A stretch of 64,000 nucleotides of DNA from the human T2T-CHM13v2.0 reference genome, Homo sapiens, in the NCBI RefSeq assembly GCF_009914755.1, contig NC_060947.1; one strand, written 5' to 3'. Each line of letters begins with the position of its first letter. The stretch's first letter is position 1. Position numbers and translations under genes: made by a program. The notes under the pieces were generated by a model. The model saw only the letters and a program-made list of their open reading frames with translations, did not search any database and was not told the DNA's origin. This document shows, in pieces, positions 1-16,420 of this stretch.

Positions 1-2035
1 ATAACAACCAGAAAATGTTAACAAAATAACAGAAGTAAGTCCATACCTATCAATGAATTCATTCTCTAAACAAAATCCATAGTGTTTAAATGAATAAAAC
101 ACTACTTAATTGTATGCTACTCATGAGAGACGCACTTCACAGTGAAGACACGTATACATTTAAAAAATGATAGAAAAGATATTTCATGCAAATGGAAATC
201 AAGAGAACAGAGTTAGCTATACCTATATAAGACAAAATGGACATTAAGTCAAAAGCTATACAAAGTGAAAAGAAGGTAATTAAATAATGATGAAGGGGTC
301 AATTAATCAAGAAGATTGTAAATATATATACACCCAATATCAGAGCACTTAAATATGTAAACCAAATATTAGTACATCTGAAGGGAGAGATAGGCTGCAA
401 TATAGTAATAATAGAAGATATTGATACCCAACTTTAAACAATGGCCAGATCATCAAGACAGAAAATCAATATGGAAACATCGAACTTGAACTATTGAGTA
501 AATGAACAAAGCAGACATACAGAACAGCCCTTCCCACAGCACTGGAATACACACTCTTCTCAAGAAAACATGAAACAGTCTCTGGGATAGATCATGTGTT
601 AGGCCACACAACATGTCTTAACAAATTTAAGAAGACTAAAGTCATATGAAATATTTTTTCTGACCACAATGTTATGAAGCTAGAAATCAATAACCGAAGG
701 CATTTTGGAAAATTCACATATATATGGAAATTAATACACTCCTGTACAATAAATGAGTCAAAGATGAAATTAAAACAAATTAAAAGAACACATTGAGAAA
801 AATGAAAAGGGGAAAAGAACATACCAAAATTTAAGTGATGCAGGAGAAGTATTCCTGAGAGGGATGCTTATAGCAATAAATGCCTATGTCAGAAAAGAAG
901 AAAGATCCCAAAAAAACTAACGTTACATCTCGAGGAACTAGAAAAGGTAAAACAAACTAAGCAAAAGTTAGTAGAAGGAAGAAAACACTAAAGGTCAGAG
1001 CAGAAATAAAGAAAATAGAGACCAGAAAAACAACAGAAAAGATCAATGGAACAGAGTTCTTTTTTTGAAAAGATACACATAACTGATAAATCTTTAGCTA
1101 GACTATGAAAGAAGAAGATGCAAGTAAATAAAATCAGAACTAAAAGAGAAAACATTACAATTGATACTACAGAAATACAAAATATTGTAATTACTATGAA
1201 TGATTATACACCAAAAAATTGTGTAACCAAGATGAAATGGACAAATTCCTGTACACATACAGCCTACCCAGACTGAATCACGATGAAATAGAAAATGTGA
1301 ATAAGCCAATAAGAAGCAAGGAGATTGAATCGGTAATAAAATGTCTCATCAAAGAAAAGCCCAGGACCTGATAGTTTCACTGCTTAATTCTACAAAAGTT
1401 TTAAAAAAGAATGAATATTCATCTTTCTCAAACACTTCCAGAAAATTGAAGAGGAGTAAACAGTTTGAAATTCATGTTACAAGGCCCGAAATACCCCAAG
1501 ACTAAAGCCAGAAAACAACACTACAAAAAAGAAAATTATAGGCCAATTTTTGTGATGTTAATAGATCCAAAAATTCTCAACAAAATACCTAGCTACCAAA
1601 TTCAACAGTACATTAAAAAGTTCATTACTATGATTGAGATTTATCAAAGGGATGCAGGGATGGTTGAACATATATAAATCAATAAATATAATACAGCAGT
1701 ATAACAAAATGAAATATAATCTGCATCTCAATAAATGCAGAAAGAGCATGTTATAAAATTTAATATTCATTCATGGTTAAAAAAGAACTCTCAACAAATT
1801 ATGTATAGGATAAATATACCTCAAAGCTGAAGAGCTTCTGCACAACAGGGGAACTAATTTACAGAGTGAAGAGACAACATATGGATTGGGAAAAATATTT
1901 GCAAACCATACGTCTGATAAAAGGTTAATATACAAACTACAAAGGGAACTAAAATTAGTAGCAAGAAAATTAATAGCCTGATTAAAATATGAACAAAGGA
2001 ACCAAATAGACATTTCTTTAAAAAAAAGACATACA

Positions 2036-2324
2036 GGCTGGGCGTGGTGGTTCACGCCTGTAATCCCAGCACTTTGGGAGGCCCAGGCAGGCGGATCACC
2101 TGAGATCCAGACCAGCCTGGCCAACAGGGAAAAACCCCCTCTCTACTAAAAATACAAAAAAAAAAAAATAGCCAGGCGTGGTGGTGGGCATCTGTAGTCC
2201 CAGCTACTCTGGAGGCAGGAGAATGCTTGAACCAGGGAGACGGAGGTTGCAGTGAGCCCAGATCATGCCACTGTGCTCCAGCCTGGGCGACAGAGTGAAA
2301 CTCCATCAAAAAAAAAAAAGAAAA
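2036..2324 (+). mobile_element. AluS (Sx-like) SINE
   Basis: ggctgggcgtggtggttcacgcctgtaatcccagcactttgggagg start, A-rich linker and poly(A) tail; TSD-like aaagacataca / aaagcataca. Confidence 0.95.
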
Positions 2325-2695
2325 GAAAGCATACAAATGGCCACCAGATATATGAAAAACTGCAAACTAAAACCATAATGAGATCATTACATCATGCCTA
2401 TTAAAATTGTTTTTATAATAAAAGATGAAAGTTAACAAGTTTTGGTGGTGAGGATGTAGAGAAAAGGTAACACTTGTATACTGTTATTGTAAATATACAT
2501 TAATACAAATATTAGGAAAAACAGTATGGAGATCTCTTAAAAAACTAAAAATAGAGCCACCAGGTGACCCAGCAAACTTATTTCTGTGTATATATTCAAA
2601 GGATTTGAAATTAATGTGTAGAAGAGATATCTGTACTTCCATGTTCATTGTAGCATTATTTACAATACTCAAGACAGAGAATTAACCTTAGTGCC

Positions 2696-3319
2696 TGTGA
2701 AAGGAAATTAAATCTCGGGACCCCAAACTTATTAAGCCAAAGGGAAGAAGTCAAGCTGGGAACTGGGACACACAAACCTGCCTTCCCCTTTTGGTTTTTA
2801 AAAAAGATGGCTACAAGATGGAAAGCTACATGTCACCCCTATTTTTGCCCATAAGAAAATTCCTAGTGAGCTGCAAGATCTTTTAAGGTGTTTCTGTTAA
2901 AATTTCACCATGGCAATGTAAATGGATAACTTACCTTTATAGGTGCAGTCACCCATGTCCCATCAGACACAAAGGCATATCTGATTTTTCCCCTGCCCCA
3001 TTTTGTCTGTGTTATCTTATGTAAAACGTGGATTCCCTGCATTCTTCCTGTGCCCCATTTGTCTATGTCATCTCGTGTAAAAAAAATACAGATTCACTGA
3101 ACCAAAGGCATTAATGACTATTTTTCCCTACCCGCCTCTTACATGAAAATTGTGTACTTCTCAATATCCGCCCTTTCCCCTTTAACTTCGGAGCCCTCAA
3201 AATCATCTTTGTAGAAAGGCATAGACCTGTCTCTCAAACACAAGTCCTTAACTTTGGCAAAGAAATCTCCTAAAATAATTGAGACTCTCCTTCTGTCTCG
3301 TCATTTTTCTCCATTGGCA
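2696..3319 (+). mobile_element. MER4A-like ERV1 solo LTR
   Basis: TG...CA termini (tgtgaaaggaaattaaatctcgggacccc...ccattggca); perfect 4-bp TSD tgcc at 2692-2695 and 3320-3323; host L1 resumes seamlessly. Confidence 0.88.
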
Positions 3320-3939
3320 TGCCTATCAATGGATGAATAACAATGAAAATGTCATACGTATATGACATTTATATATATATATGTTTATACATATAGAAAC
3401 AAAAACTGGTATTATTCAGCCTTTATCAAGAAAGAAATCCTTTCATTTATGACAACGTGAATGAATCTGGAAGTCATTGTGCTAAGTGAAATAAGTAAGG
3501 CCAAAACATTTACAAATCCTGCTTAATTTTATTTATATGTGGAATCCAAAAAAAGACAAACTCACAAAATCATAGTCGCTTAGTGGTTACCAGACTCTGG
3601 AGTTGGGGTAGCGAGGATTGGAATATGTTAGTCAAAGGGTACAAAGTTTCAGTTAGGCAGAAGGAATAAGTTCTTAAGGTCTATTTCACAGTAAGGTGAT
3701 AATAGTTAATAATAATGTGTTGTATATTATTTCAAAATTGCTGAGAGTAAATTTCAAATGTTTTTACCACAAAAACTGATAAATATGTGAAATGACAGAT
3801 ATGTTAATTAGCTTGATTTAATCATTCCAAATATATACTTAAAGCATTACATTGTACTTCATGCTTATGTACAATTATAATTTGTCAATTAAAAATAAAA
3901 TTAAAACATCATACATTAAGTAAAAAAGAGCAAAACATT

Positions 3940-6390
3940 CTTAAAACTCTGCAATAACAAGGCTAATTTTTAAAAGGACAAAAAGTCTTAATAGAGATCT
4001 CACCAAAGAAGATACATAGATAGCAAATAAGCATCTAAAAATATGCTCAACATCAGTTTTCATTAAAGAAATGCAAATTAAAACAACATGCAATACCAGT
4101 ACTTACCTAAGATAATGACTAAATTTTGTAAAACAATAAAAATGGTAATAACAATTCCTGTAGAGTGTGGGGAGCAGCAACAGCTCCTATTTATTGATTA
4201 GGGAAATTCAAACTGGGACTGATACTTTGGAAGACAATTTGACACATTTTTAAAAGCTAAATGTAGCCTTATCATACAATACATCATTTGCACTCCTTAA
4301 TGTTTACCCAAATGAATTAAAAATGTATGTCCACAGAAAAACCTGCACTCAATGTTTATAACAGCTTTATTTGTAATCAGTATAACTGAAATCAACAAAG
4401 GTGTTCTTCAATAGGTGTATGGATAAACAAACTGTAGTATAACCATACAATTAAATATTATTCAGCAAAAAACGAATGACCTATCAAGTCCGGCAAACAA
4501 ATGGGTGAATATTGTATCCACTGTTCTGTGTGAAATAGGCCATTCTAGAAAAGCTACATACTGTACGATTCCAACTATATAATATTGTAAAAAAGTTAAG
4601 AATACTGACAGGGTAAACAGATCATGGTTGTCAAGGGTTCAGGGTGAGGAGCTTGAGTAGGTGAAGCACAAGAAATTATTTTTAATGGAAGTAAAATTAT
4701 TTTTGTGTGATGCAGTAAAGGTGGTTACAAAATACTGCATTTGTAAAAATTCTTAAAACGTAACAGCACGTAGTGAACCATAATGTATGCAAATTTTCAA
4801 AGATTATTTAAGAGATTGGAGGATCCCATGCAGACTCTGACAAGAGAACCTAACTGTATTATATTTATATAATGTCTGAAACATCCTCAAAATGAGGGTG
4901 AGAGGAAAAGGTGAAATTTGAAAATAGAGGCAACTACATTCGCTGACTAAGCAACTCTGAAAAAGAATGGAGGCTATAAGACAAAAAGAACTGAAGGGAA
5001 ACTATAGAAACACTGTGTTTTAGCCAACAAAATTGTTTCCTAATAGGTTATGAGTTAACAATTCTTATAGCACTATGTATGCATTAAACAATTTATTAAA
5101 TGCATAGTGGATGATTGGAAGCCAGGTTTCTAACTGTTGGAATTAAAGATAAGGAAGAGAAGCAGGCTATAGTAATCTATGTGTAAATGAACTAGAATTA
5201 GAGACATCACTACGAACTCATGTTTAGCCTATTATAGATACAAATAGCTACAAATGGAAGGATTTACAGATATGTATATACACAAGAAGCAATATACGTA
5301 GTTATATTTCCTTGTACTGTTAGCTGACAGTGTCTAGAAGCAACAGCCCAGCGGCAATGTGCACATCTCGTTTCTAAATCTAATGTCCCTGTCCCATAAA
5401 AGGAACCAGGACCTTTTGTAGAAATGGCTAATTCAAAACTGAAGCAGGAAATATATAAGATGAACCTAGAGTATCTTGTAATGCCAGAAAGAAGTTACTT
5501 AAAAAGAAAGCTCACAACAGAAGTATGTCAATGGAAAAAGATGGGAGTCAACTGAAGAAATTTCCAGTGCCCCAAACTGAACAACTGGAGCAAAAAAAAA
5601 AAATGAAGCAATACTAAATCATAACCCCAAAGTATAAAATAAATATCCATAATATCATACTTATGTAAATAAATGACTGAATCAATAAGTTAAGGAGTAG
5701 AGAGACACATGCCTTGTAATGAATTCCAAATAATTTATGTAGATATTCAGTCCTCAAAGAGGGAAGCATAACTACCCACTCCTTAGGTACAGGCTATGCG
5801 CAGTGACTTTTTTCCAAAAAGTGGAGTATGGAAAAGGGTAATAAAAGAATAACTTTATGGTGGAGAAACCTAACACCATCTCAGCTCGACTACCAAGCTT
5901 AACATCAACAGTCATAAGTCTTGTTGATAGCCTGGGCCCTTGATATGATGAGAATTGCACTCTATTATCTATGGCCTTCCTGTCTAGATCTCATAGCCCC
6001 AGTCTGTGAGAAAGATATCCGGCAAATCTCAATAGAGAGACATCTTGCAAAATACATAACCAGTACTCCTTATTTTCAGTTAAGGTCATCAAAAACAAGG
6101 AAAGTCTGAGAAATTTTCATAATCAAGAGTGGCCTAAGGAGACATGTCAACTAAATGCAATGTGGTATCTATCCTGGTTGGGATCCTGGAAGAGAAAAAG
6201 AATATGACTTAAAAAAAGTGACTACATCTGAATAAATCATGGACATTAATTAATTATAATTTATTGATTATAAATTATATTGAGTTCTTGAGTTGTGACA
6301 ATTGTACCATACTAATATAATGGGTTAATAATAGAGGAACTGTGTATGTGCTTTTTAATATTTTTACCTAAATAAAAAAAAGCTTATTTA
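3940..6390 (+). mobile_element. Ancient L1MC/L1MD-class LINE-1 3' end with a long 3' UTR (L1MC3-like)
   Basis: ORF2 C-terminal DNA (ctcaccaaagaagatacatagatagcaaataagcat...gaaatgcaaattaaaacaac) followed by about 2 kb of UTR ending in aaataaaaaaaagctta. Subfamily tentative. Confidence 0.7.
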
Positions 6391-6809
6391 GGGAAAAATA
6401 CATATATTGTTGAAACATGCATCTAGCTTCAGTTTCTGACAAGGCTGTTAACTTCCTGTCAAAAACTCAACCCTCAGATTGCCTCAGAGGCAAAAGTGGG
6501 TTAGAGGGACTGAAAAACTATCTAAAAATAGTGAGAAAAACCTGGAAAGCCAGAGGTAATTGGATTCCAGAGTGGGAGGAAATAGAAACATAGAGCAGGT
6601 AAAAGCCAGGTGCTCCAGACTGGGAATGTCACTGGAGAACATTTTTAAATAAATTAATAAATTATGTTATTTCCTACTTCTCCACACTGCCACAAGTGAA
6701 TCATTCCCTGCCCTACTGTCACTGAGAACCAGAGAAACAAGAATATCAGCACTCTTTACCAGGTTATGACCAGGGCAGCATTTAAATCTGGCTTCAATTC
6801 TGAGAAATC

Positions 6810-8208
6810 AGTCATTCTATTTCTTCGGGGTCTAGTATGTGCCAGATACTGCTAGACACTGGATACAAAGTCGTAAAACAAAGAGAAAATAAATTGCTTT
6901 AATAGAAAGTACACTCCAGAGCACAAAGCCACCTAATATACTGTATAAATAAGTGAAATTTATAGCATGTCATGTGACAAATAGTCCTAATGAGAAAAAT
7001 AAAACAAAAAATTACAGGTGAGTCGTGATATTGATTTTAGTTAAAATAGCCAAGGGATATCACAGCGGTGTCATGTGTGAATAAGAATTTGAAAGAAGTG
7101 AGGTACTGACCTTTCTAGACAGGGAAAATTTTATTCCATATAGAGGGAAGGGAAAGTGCAAAGGCTCTGAAGCATATTTTACATTTGTGGAAATAACAAG
7201 AATGCCAATGTGACTGGATCAAAGTGACTAAGAGTTAAAATAGCAGGAGGTAAAGTCATAGCGATAACAGCAAAGGGGACAGATTACATAAAGCTTTGTA
7301 GACTGTGGTAAAGACTCTGGGTCATAGGAAAAGCCATTGCAGGGTTCTAGGCAAAGAACAGACATGAACTGACTTATATTTCAACATAACCATTCTAGCT
7401 TCTGAGTGAAAATATACTGAAAAGAAAAAATGATAGAATTAGGAAGACTTTATATAAGGCTATTTTAACAATCTGGTAGAAAACAATGAAAGTAGCTTTG
7501 ACTAGGGTGGTAGCTATGTGGATAGTAGGAAGGGGACATATCCTGGAAATAATTTGAAAATAGAGGCAACTATATTGGCTTACTAATTGAATCTGAGATA
7601 TGAGTAAGAGATATCAAAGTTTTTTGCCTGAGGGTCTGGAAACATGGAGATGTGATTTCCTCAGTTGGGGAATAGTGTAGAAAGAGGAGCTTATGGAGAG
7701 CAAGTTCCAATAGAGATTCATTAAGTTTACAATATCTATTGGTAAATCAAAAAAAGTTGTTGAATAGACAGTTGATACAAGAATTTGGAGTTCAACAGAG
7801 AAATCATAGCTGGCAATATAAATTGAGGAGTCAGTGTATTGAAGAATTACTAGCCAAGAAAATGAATGAAACAACCAAGGGAGTGTGGAGATTGAAAACA
7901 GGAAAAGCTGGATGTAAGGGTCCTGAAGAGTTAGCATTAGAGATCTTTAATATAAGAGGTCAGAGATATAAAAAGAAACCAGCAAAGGAGACTGAGAAGT
8001 AGTAGCCAGCACAGTAGTCAGAAAGCCAGGAGAGTGTGATATACCAACAACCAAATGACAAAAGTGGAAACTAATAACTGTATCAAAAACTGTTTATGTA
8101 TAAAGTAAGAATAAGTATGAGAATTAAATATTGGCTTAAACACTGTGTGAGGCACATGATGATCTTGACAATAACAGTTTCGGTGTAACACTGGAATCAA
8201 AACATGGC
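6810..8208 (-). mobile_element. L2 LINE fragment (continues at about 8539-8627 and 10998-11200 around the AluY and THE1)
   Basis: Reverse-complement L2 3'-end pattern (gtatgtgccagatactgctagacactggatac) and typical purine-rich L2 body (ggaaaagccattgcagggttctaggcaaag; aaaccagcaaaggagactgagaag). Confidence 0.8.
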
Positions 8209-10992
<2,784 letters not shown>

Positions 10993-11559
10993 GCATGTCA
11001 CTAAGTTGTTGATATAAATTATATGATCAAAAATAGAATATTGATGATGCAGGTTGTAAAGAGAATAATTGTTGGAAGTTATGGCCGGAAGTAGACAAGA
11101 AAAATGAAATTTTCTTTACAAGTGCAAATGTTGGCCTTAGCAATAAGCACAGATTTTTCATCCACAGTTAATGAAGGAGAAGAAGATTCTGTGCATACAG
11201 ATACCAGCTTCTAACGATGAAGATATTTCTTTGGAGAGATCTCTTGCCCTACTGGGAGTCTCCATCCTCACCTTGGGAGAAATATATTATTTTCCTCAAG
11301 CCTCAGGAGAGTTGGTAAGCTTGATATGTGTGTCCTATTGCTGAGGTCCACCACGAACAGGGATACAGTTGTTGTTCTTGGCAATCTAGAGGGCTGTGGA
11401 TGAGCTAACTTCTTTGGTGGTAGAGCCAGAAAAATGTTGCCTAATTAGAATCAGCTGACTCGACTAGGATGGAGCAAAAGTTGCACAGCATTTCCCAAGG
11501 TTGTGATGTGGGCCCCATTTGAGAAGAAACCAGAGTGGAATGAAATACTTATATTGAAT

Positions 11560-12112
11560 AGTCATCACTAACGTTAAAATGTCTGGGATATGGATAAAGT
11601 AGTAGTCAGAGAAAACTTTATAGATATAAATGTATTTATTTTTTAAGAAAGAAACAAATGAGTGAAATTTAAGTAAGTAAAGAAAGTAAGTAAAGTACTT
11701 TAGTTATGTAAATCCAAAGATAAATAATAAAGTGAATCTATAACATTAAATAATATTATTACAATAAAAGCTGGGGTATTTGGAGACATTAGTAAGACAG
11801 AAAAATCACTGACAAGTATAAGCAGAAAAGATGCAAGACATACACATATAAATGGCAGAAGGAATGGAAAAAGAAAAACAAATATAAATACCTACAAACA
11901 AAACCAAGATTTTTAAAAATTCTAAGATAATAATAGCATTATGAACAACTTTATGTCAATACATTTATAAACCAAAAGATACAAGTGAATTTCTGAAAAG
12001 ATATACCATCTTAAAAGTGGCAGAAGAAACAATTTTTAAAATTATGATTAGACAAGCAACCATTAAAAATTTAAATGTTGATAAAAGATGCTCCATTAAA
12101 AAAAAAAAAAAA
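11560..12112 (+). mobile_element. Highly degenerate L1M ORF2 fragment
   Basis: Faint L1 motifs (agagaaaactttatagatataaatgta; attatgaacaactttatgtcaatacattt). Confidence 0.5.
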
Positions 12113-12390
12113 ACTTTAAGTTAAACTTCCACTACTAGCCATGACAGAATAAGTGTTACTAAAATTGCTATTTTGCCAAAACGGTTTTAAAAGTGACAAA
12201 ATAAATGAGTCACTGGTTTTCAAGCATTGCATATCAGGCAGTACTATAATTATCAAGAGAAGGAAAAGATACAAAATGGCCCAACCCCACCCCTTTACAT
12301 TTCTGGATTTCTTTCTGGGAGAACTTTCTTTCTACAACACCAGGAGGTAGATCCAAAGTGAAGTAATGGGAAAAAATGACCTTAGGAGGC

Positions 12391-12741
12391 TGCTATGATC
12401 TGAATATTTGTATCTCCCCGCAATTCAGATATTGAAACTAACCCCTAATTTGATGGTATTAGGAGGAATGGCTTTGGGGAGGTGATTTGGTCATGAGGGT
12501 GGGGCCCTTATGAATGGAATTAGTGTCCTTATAAAAAGAGACATCAGAGAGCTCCTTCACCCTTTCTACCATGTGAAGACACAGCAAGAAGGTACTGTCT
12601 ATAAACCAGGAAGTAGACCCTCTGAGTATCCCTTCAATGTGGACTTCCCAGCCTCCAGAACTGTGAGAAGTAAGTTGTTGTTGTTTATATCTACCCAGCT
12701 TATGGTATTTTCTTATAGTAGCTCAAATGTACCAAGAGACA
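12391..12741 (+). mobile_element. MLT1A/MLT1A0-like MaLR solo LTR
   Basis: tgctatgatctgaat...ggtattaggagg...gtcatgagggtggggccct...ccagcctccagaactgtgagaa...gagaca. Confidence 0.88.
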
Positions 12742-12749
12742 GAGATAAG

Positions 12750-13880
12750 AGTTCTGGTCTGCTGAAGCACCTGGAATTTTTTTTGAGGCAAAGTACTAGA
12801 AAACAGTAAGACATTCAGAAAGTGGATTCCTTATGTCTGGGTGGGAATTTATCATGAGTCCTTGACTAACATACGGACTAGACCTGTACTGGATGAGAAC
12901 TCCACAAAGCCTAAGAAATATTGTCTGCTGTGTGCCTACCAGCTGAAACAGATGTTTGGCAAGGCTGGGAGATGTAGTTCTGACCCAAGTAGAGGTGTAA
13001 GACCTCATTGAATACCTCTGGAATTCAGTTGAGACCATTAAAAGACTACTATTTTGGAATAATAAACCAAAGTATGGTCCGTGATGTAGGACTAAGTTGA
13101 AAACAGAAATAGATTAGGGAAATCACCAATGTGACAGGACCAAAAGGCTCTGAAAGTAATATAACTGCCTGCCAGATTAAATATCAACACTTTTTAAAGA
13201 AAGTGCCATGATCTAGATGCCCTACAACACGCAAGTAAAATAAGAGATGGCCTTACATAATACTTTGTCTTGAATTGAGGAGTGTTATTCAATCAGCTCT
13301 CTGTATATCAAGAAAATTATAATTAGTGCTGTTGCATACACCTTTTTTCTTTGTTAAAAAAAGCTTTCGGATGGAAATGTGAGGTGTGGCAAAACATCAA
13401 CCACGATATACAGTTTACGATAAAAATTACTAGATATATGAAGTAGGGAATTTGACAATAAGTAGCCTAAACAAATAGATATCGATATGCTACACATGTT
13501 AAAATTGGCCTATATTTATATGTATGTGTGTTTGTGTTTTAAGTAGCAGTTACAAACAAGTTTTAGTGACATTAAAGAAGACGTAGCAATGAGTTAATAG
13601 ATTGTGAATCACGGCAGGCAAATGAAAACTCTAAAAAAGTATCAAATGGAAATAAAAATGGAAACGTTTACTATGTGAAATGAGAAGATAATAAAATCAA
13701 GTTATCTAGATCATGAATAGATCTAAGAAGCTCATTATCCTCAAAGCAGGAAAAGTGCACTGAAAAGCATATGAGGGCACATCATGGTGAAACTTCTAAA
13801 ACGCAAAGACAAAAAGCAAACCTTTAATACTACCAGAATAAAAAGACACACAGATAAGAATAATGATAAAAATGAAGACT
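12750..13880 (+). mobile_element. Degenerate old L1M 5'/ORF1-region fragments
   Basis: ORF1-like DNA near the end (gggcacatcatggtgaaacttctaaaacgcaaagacaaaaag); very diverged. Confidence 0.45.
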
Positions 13881-13894
13881 GATCAACAATGCTT

Positions 13895-15318
13895 AAGGAA
13901 ACGATGGTCTTTTCAATAAATGGTGCTGGTAAAACTGCATAACTGCATGCAGAAAATATGAAATGAAATTGGATCCTTATCATAAACAATACACACAAAT
14001 CAACCCAAAATATATTAAAGAGTTAAATGTAAAAATTGAAAGTATAAAATCCCTGGAAAGAAATATAAGGGAAAGGCCTATGACATTGGTCTTGGCAATG
14101 ATTTTTTTTATATGAAGCCAAAAGCCTAGGCAACAAAGCAAAAATAAACATGTGGAACTTAAACAACCTGAAAAACTTTTGCAAGGCAAAGGAAACAGTT
14201 AGTAAAATAAAAAGACAATCTATGGAATGGGAAAAGAATACTTGCAAACCACATATCCACTAAGGGGTTAAATACCAAAATATTTAAGTAACTCATTAAC
14301 TCCATGGCAAAAAAGCAAACAACTCAATTTAAAATGAGCGAAGGACCTGGATCAACATTTCTCAAAAAAGACATACAAATTGCCAATATGTATATGAAAA
14401 AGTGTTCAATATTACTAAGCCTCAGGGAAATGCAAAACCACAATAACATTTCACATCTGTTAGAATGGCTACAATCAAAAAGACAAAAGATAACAAGTAT
14501 TGGTGAGGGTGTGGAGAAAAGATAATCCTTGTACTCTGTTGATGGGAATGTACATTAGTACAGGCATTATAGAAAACTGTGTAAAAGTTCCAGAAAATAA
14601 AACTAGGACTACCATATCAACTAGTCATGTCACTTCTGGGTATATATCCAAATAATTGAATTCAGTGCCTCAAGACTAATGTGCACTCCCATGTCATTAC
14701 AACATTATTCACAACAGACAGGATGTGGAAATAAGCTAAGTATCTATCAAGGAATGGATGGAGAAAATGTGGAGTGTGCATGTGTGTTGATGTATACATA
14801 CGATGGAATATTATCCAGATTTCAAAAACAAGAAAATCTTGTATTTGTAAGAACATGCATATACCTGGAGGCTGTTATGCTAAGTGAAATAAGCCAGGCA
14901 CAGAAAGACAAACACTGCATGCCTGATCTCAGTGATATGTGGAATTTTAAAAACTGAAATACGTAGACACAGAGAGTAGAACCCTAGATACCAGGAGTTG
15001 GTTGGTGACAAATAAGGAGATATTGGTCAAAGGACACAAATTTTCAGCTATAAGTAAAATAAGTTCTGGAGACCTAACGCATAGGATGACTATAGTGACT
15101 ATAGTTAATAATAATGTATGCATGAAATTTGCAAAGAAAACAGATCTTAAGTATTCTCATTGCACACACACAAGCGTAACTGTGTGAGATGGTAGATATG
15201 TTAATTAGCAAGATTGTTATAACCGTTTCACAGTATATGTATGTCAAAAAATCACATCATACACCTTAAATATATATGGCTTTTATTTGGCAATTATGCC
15301 TCAACAAAGCTGGAAAAC
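13895..15318 (+). mobile_element. L1MA9/L1MA10-like LINE-1 3' portion
   Basis: gtcttttcaataaatggtgctgg ORF2 motif through a 3' UTR ending ggcaattatgcctcaacaaagctggaaaa. Confidence 0.85.
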
Positions 15319-15549
15319 CCCAAAATATCCACGGTACAATACTACTTATATAGCACTTAAAACATACAAATGAAGACTTAATCGGAAATGAGTATTTATC
15401 AGAAAGAAAGAAATGAGTGTGGGAATCAGAGACAAAGAAAAAAAATAAAATAGAATAAGAGAGGGGCTTTGCATGATCCTGTGCCTTGAAATGACGAGTA
15501 TGATTAAATCAACTCTGTGTACATCAATAAAGTTATAATTAGCAGTCTT

Positions 15550-15610
15550 ACATACATATAGACACACATATATCTATATATACACACACATATGTATACA
15601 CAGATATATT
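15550..15610. repeat. Degenerate (CA/TA)n low-complexity tract
   Basis: acatacatatagacacacatatatctatatatacacacacatatgtatacacag. Confidence 0.7.
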
Positions 15611-15611
15611 T

Positions 15612-16126
15612 TGTTTGATGTTTTTGTTTTTTAATTTTTTAATGTTTAAGCTATGTGGGTACAAGGCAGGTGTGTATGTTTATGTGATACATGAGATATT
15701 TTCATACAAGAATGCAATGTGAAATAAGCACATGGTGGAGAATGGGGTATACATACCTCAAGCATTTATTCTTTGACAAACAATCTATTTACATTATTTG
15801 GGTTATTTTAAAACAAACAAGTTATTATTGACTATAGTCACCGTTATGCTATCAAATAGTAGGTCTTATTCATTCTTTCTATTTTTTAGTACCCATTAAC
15901 CACATCCACCTCCTCTGAAGCCACTCCCCCACTACCATATGAGGCCTCTAATAACTGTCCTTCTACTCTCTATGTCCATGAATTCAATTGTTTTGATTTT
16001 TAGATCCTAAAATAAGTCAGAGACATGTGTTATTTGTCTTTCTGTGCCTGGCTTATTTCACTTAACATAACGATCTGCAGTTCCTTCCATCCCTGTTGCT
16101 ACAAATGACTGGATCTCATTTTTCTT
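15612..16126 (-). mobile_element. L1MA2/3-like 3' end, 5'-truncated
   Basis: T-rich tail then gaatggggtatacatacctcaagcattt and tctttctgtgcctggcttatttcacttaacataa. Confidence 0.85.
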
Positions 16127-16244
16127 TTTAAGAAACTTTCTGAGAATATACACTACACACACATTATAACATTGCATGTTGTTTATTTTCTCACACATTC
16201 AAATGTTTCAGGTATTATTTCTGCATAGAAGCAGAAACCTCACC

Positions 16245-16420
16245 CAAGTCATTTAATCCTTATGATACTCCTCTGACACACAAGCCTTTCTACACTCCTT
16301 TTAATGATTACAAAACCCTGGGACTCAGAGATATTCAATAATTGGCCAAGATCTCTCAGAGAATAAGTGGTGAAGCCGAAGCATTAATGCGCAGTCCGTG
16401 TACTTATCCATTAAACAACA
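16245..16420 (-). mobile_element. MIR SINE
   Basis: catttaatcctt...ggactcagagat...ggccaagatctctcagagaataagtggtgaagcc. Confidence 0.65.

Larger units (their letters stand above)
1..3907 (+). mobile_element. Decayed L1MA-class LINE-1 (about L1MA6-8): ORF2 remnant plus 3' UTR, interrupted by an Alu and a MER4A LTR
   Basis: Endonuclease-region sequence from position 1. The ORF-track fragment ENYRPIFVMLIDPKILNKI resembles the L1 RT motif [20 protein letters not shown]. L1MA-type 3' UTR (gtcaaagggtacaaagtttcagttag...ttgtcaattaaaaataaaa). Many stops and frameshifts; internal deletion near 1822. Confidence 0.9.
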
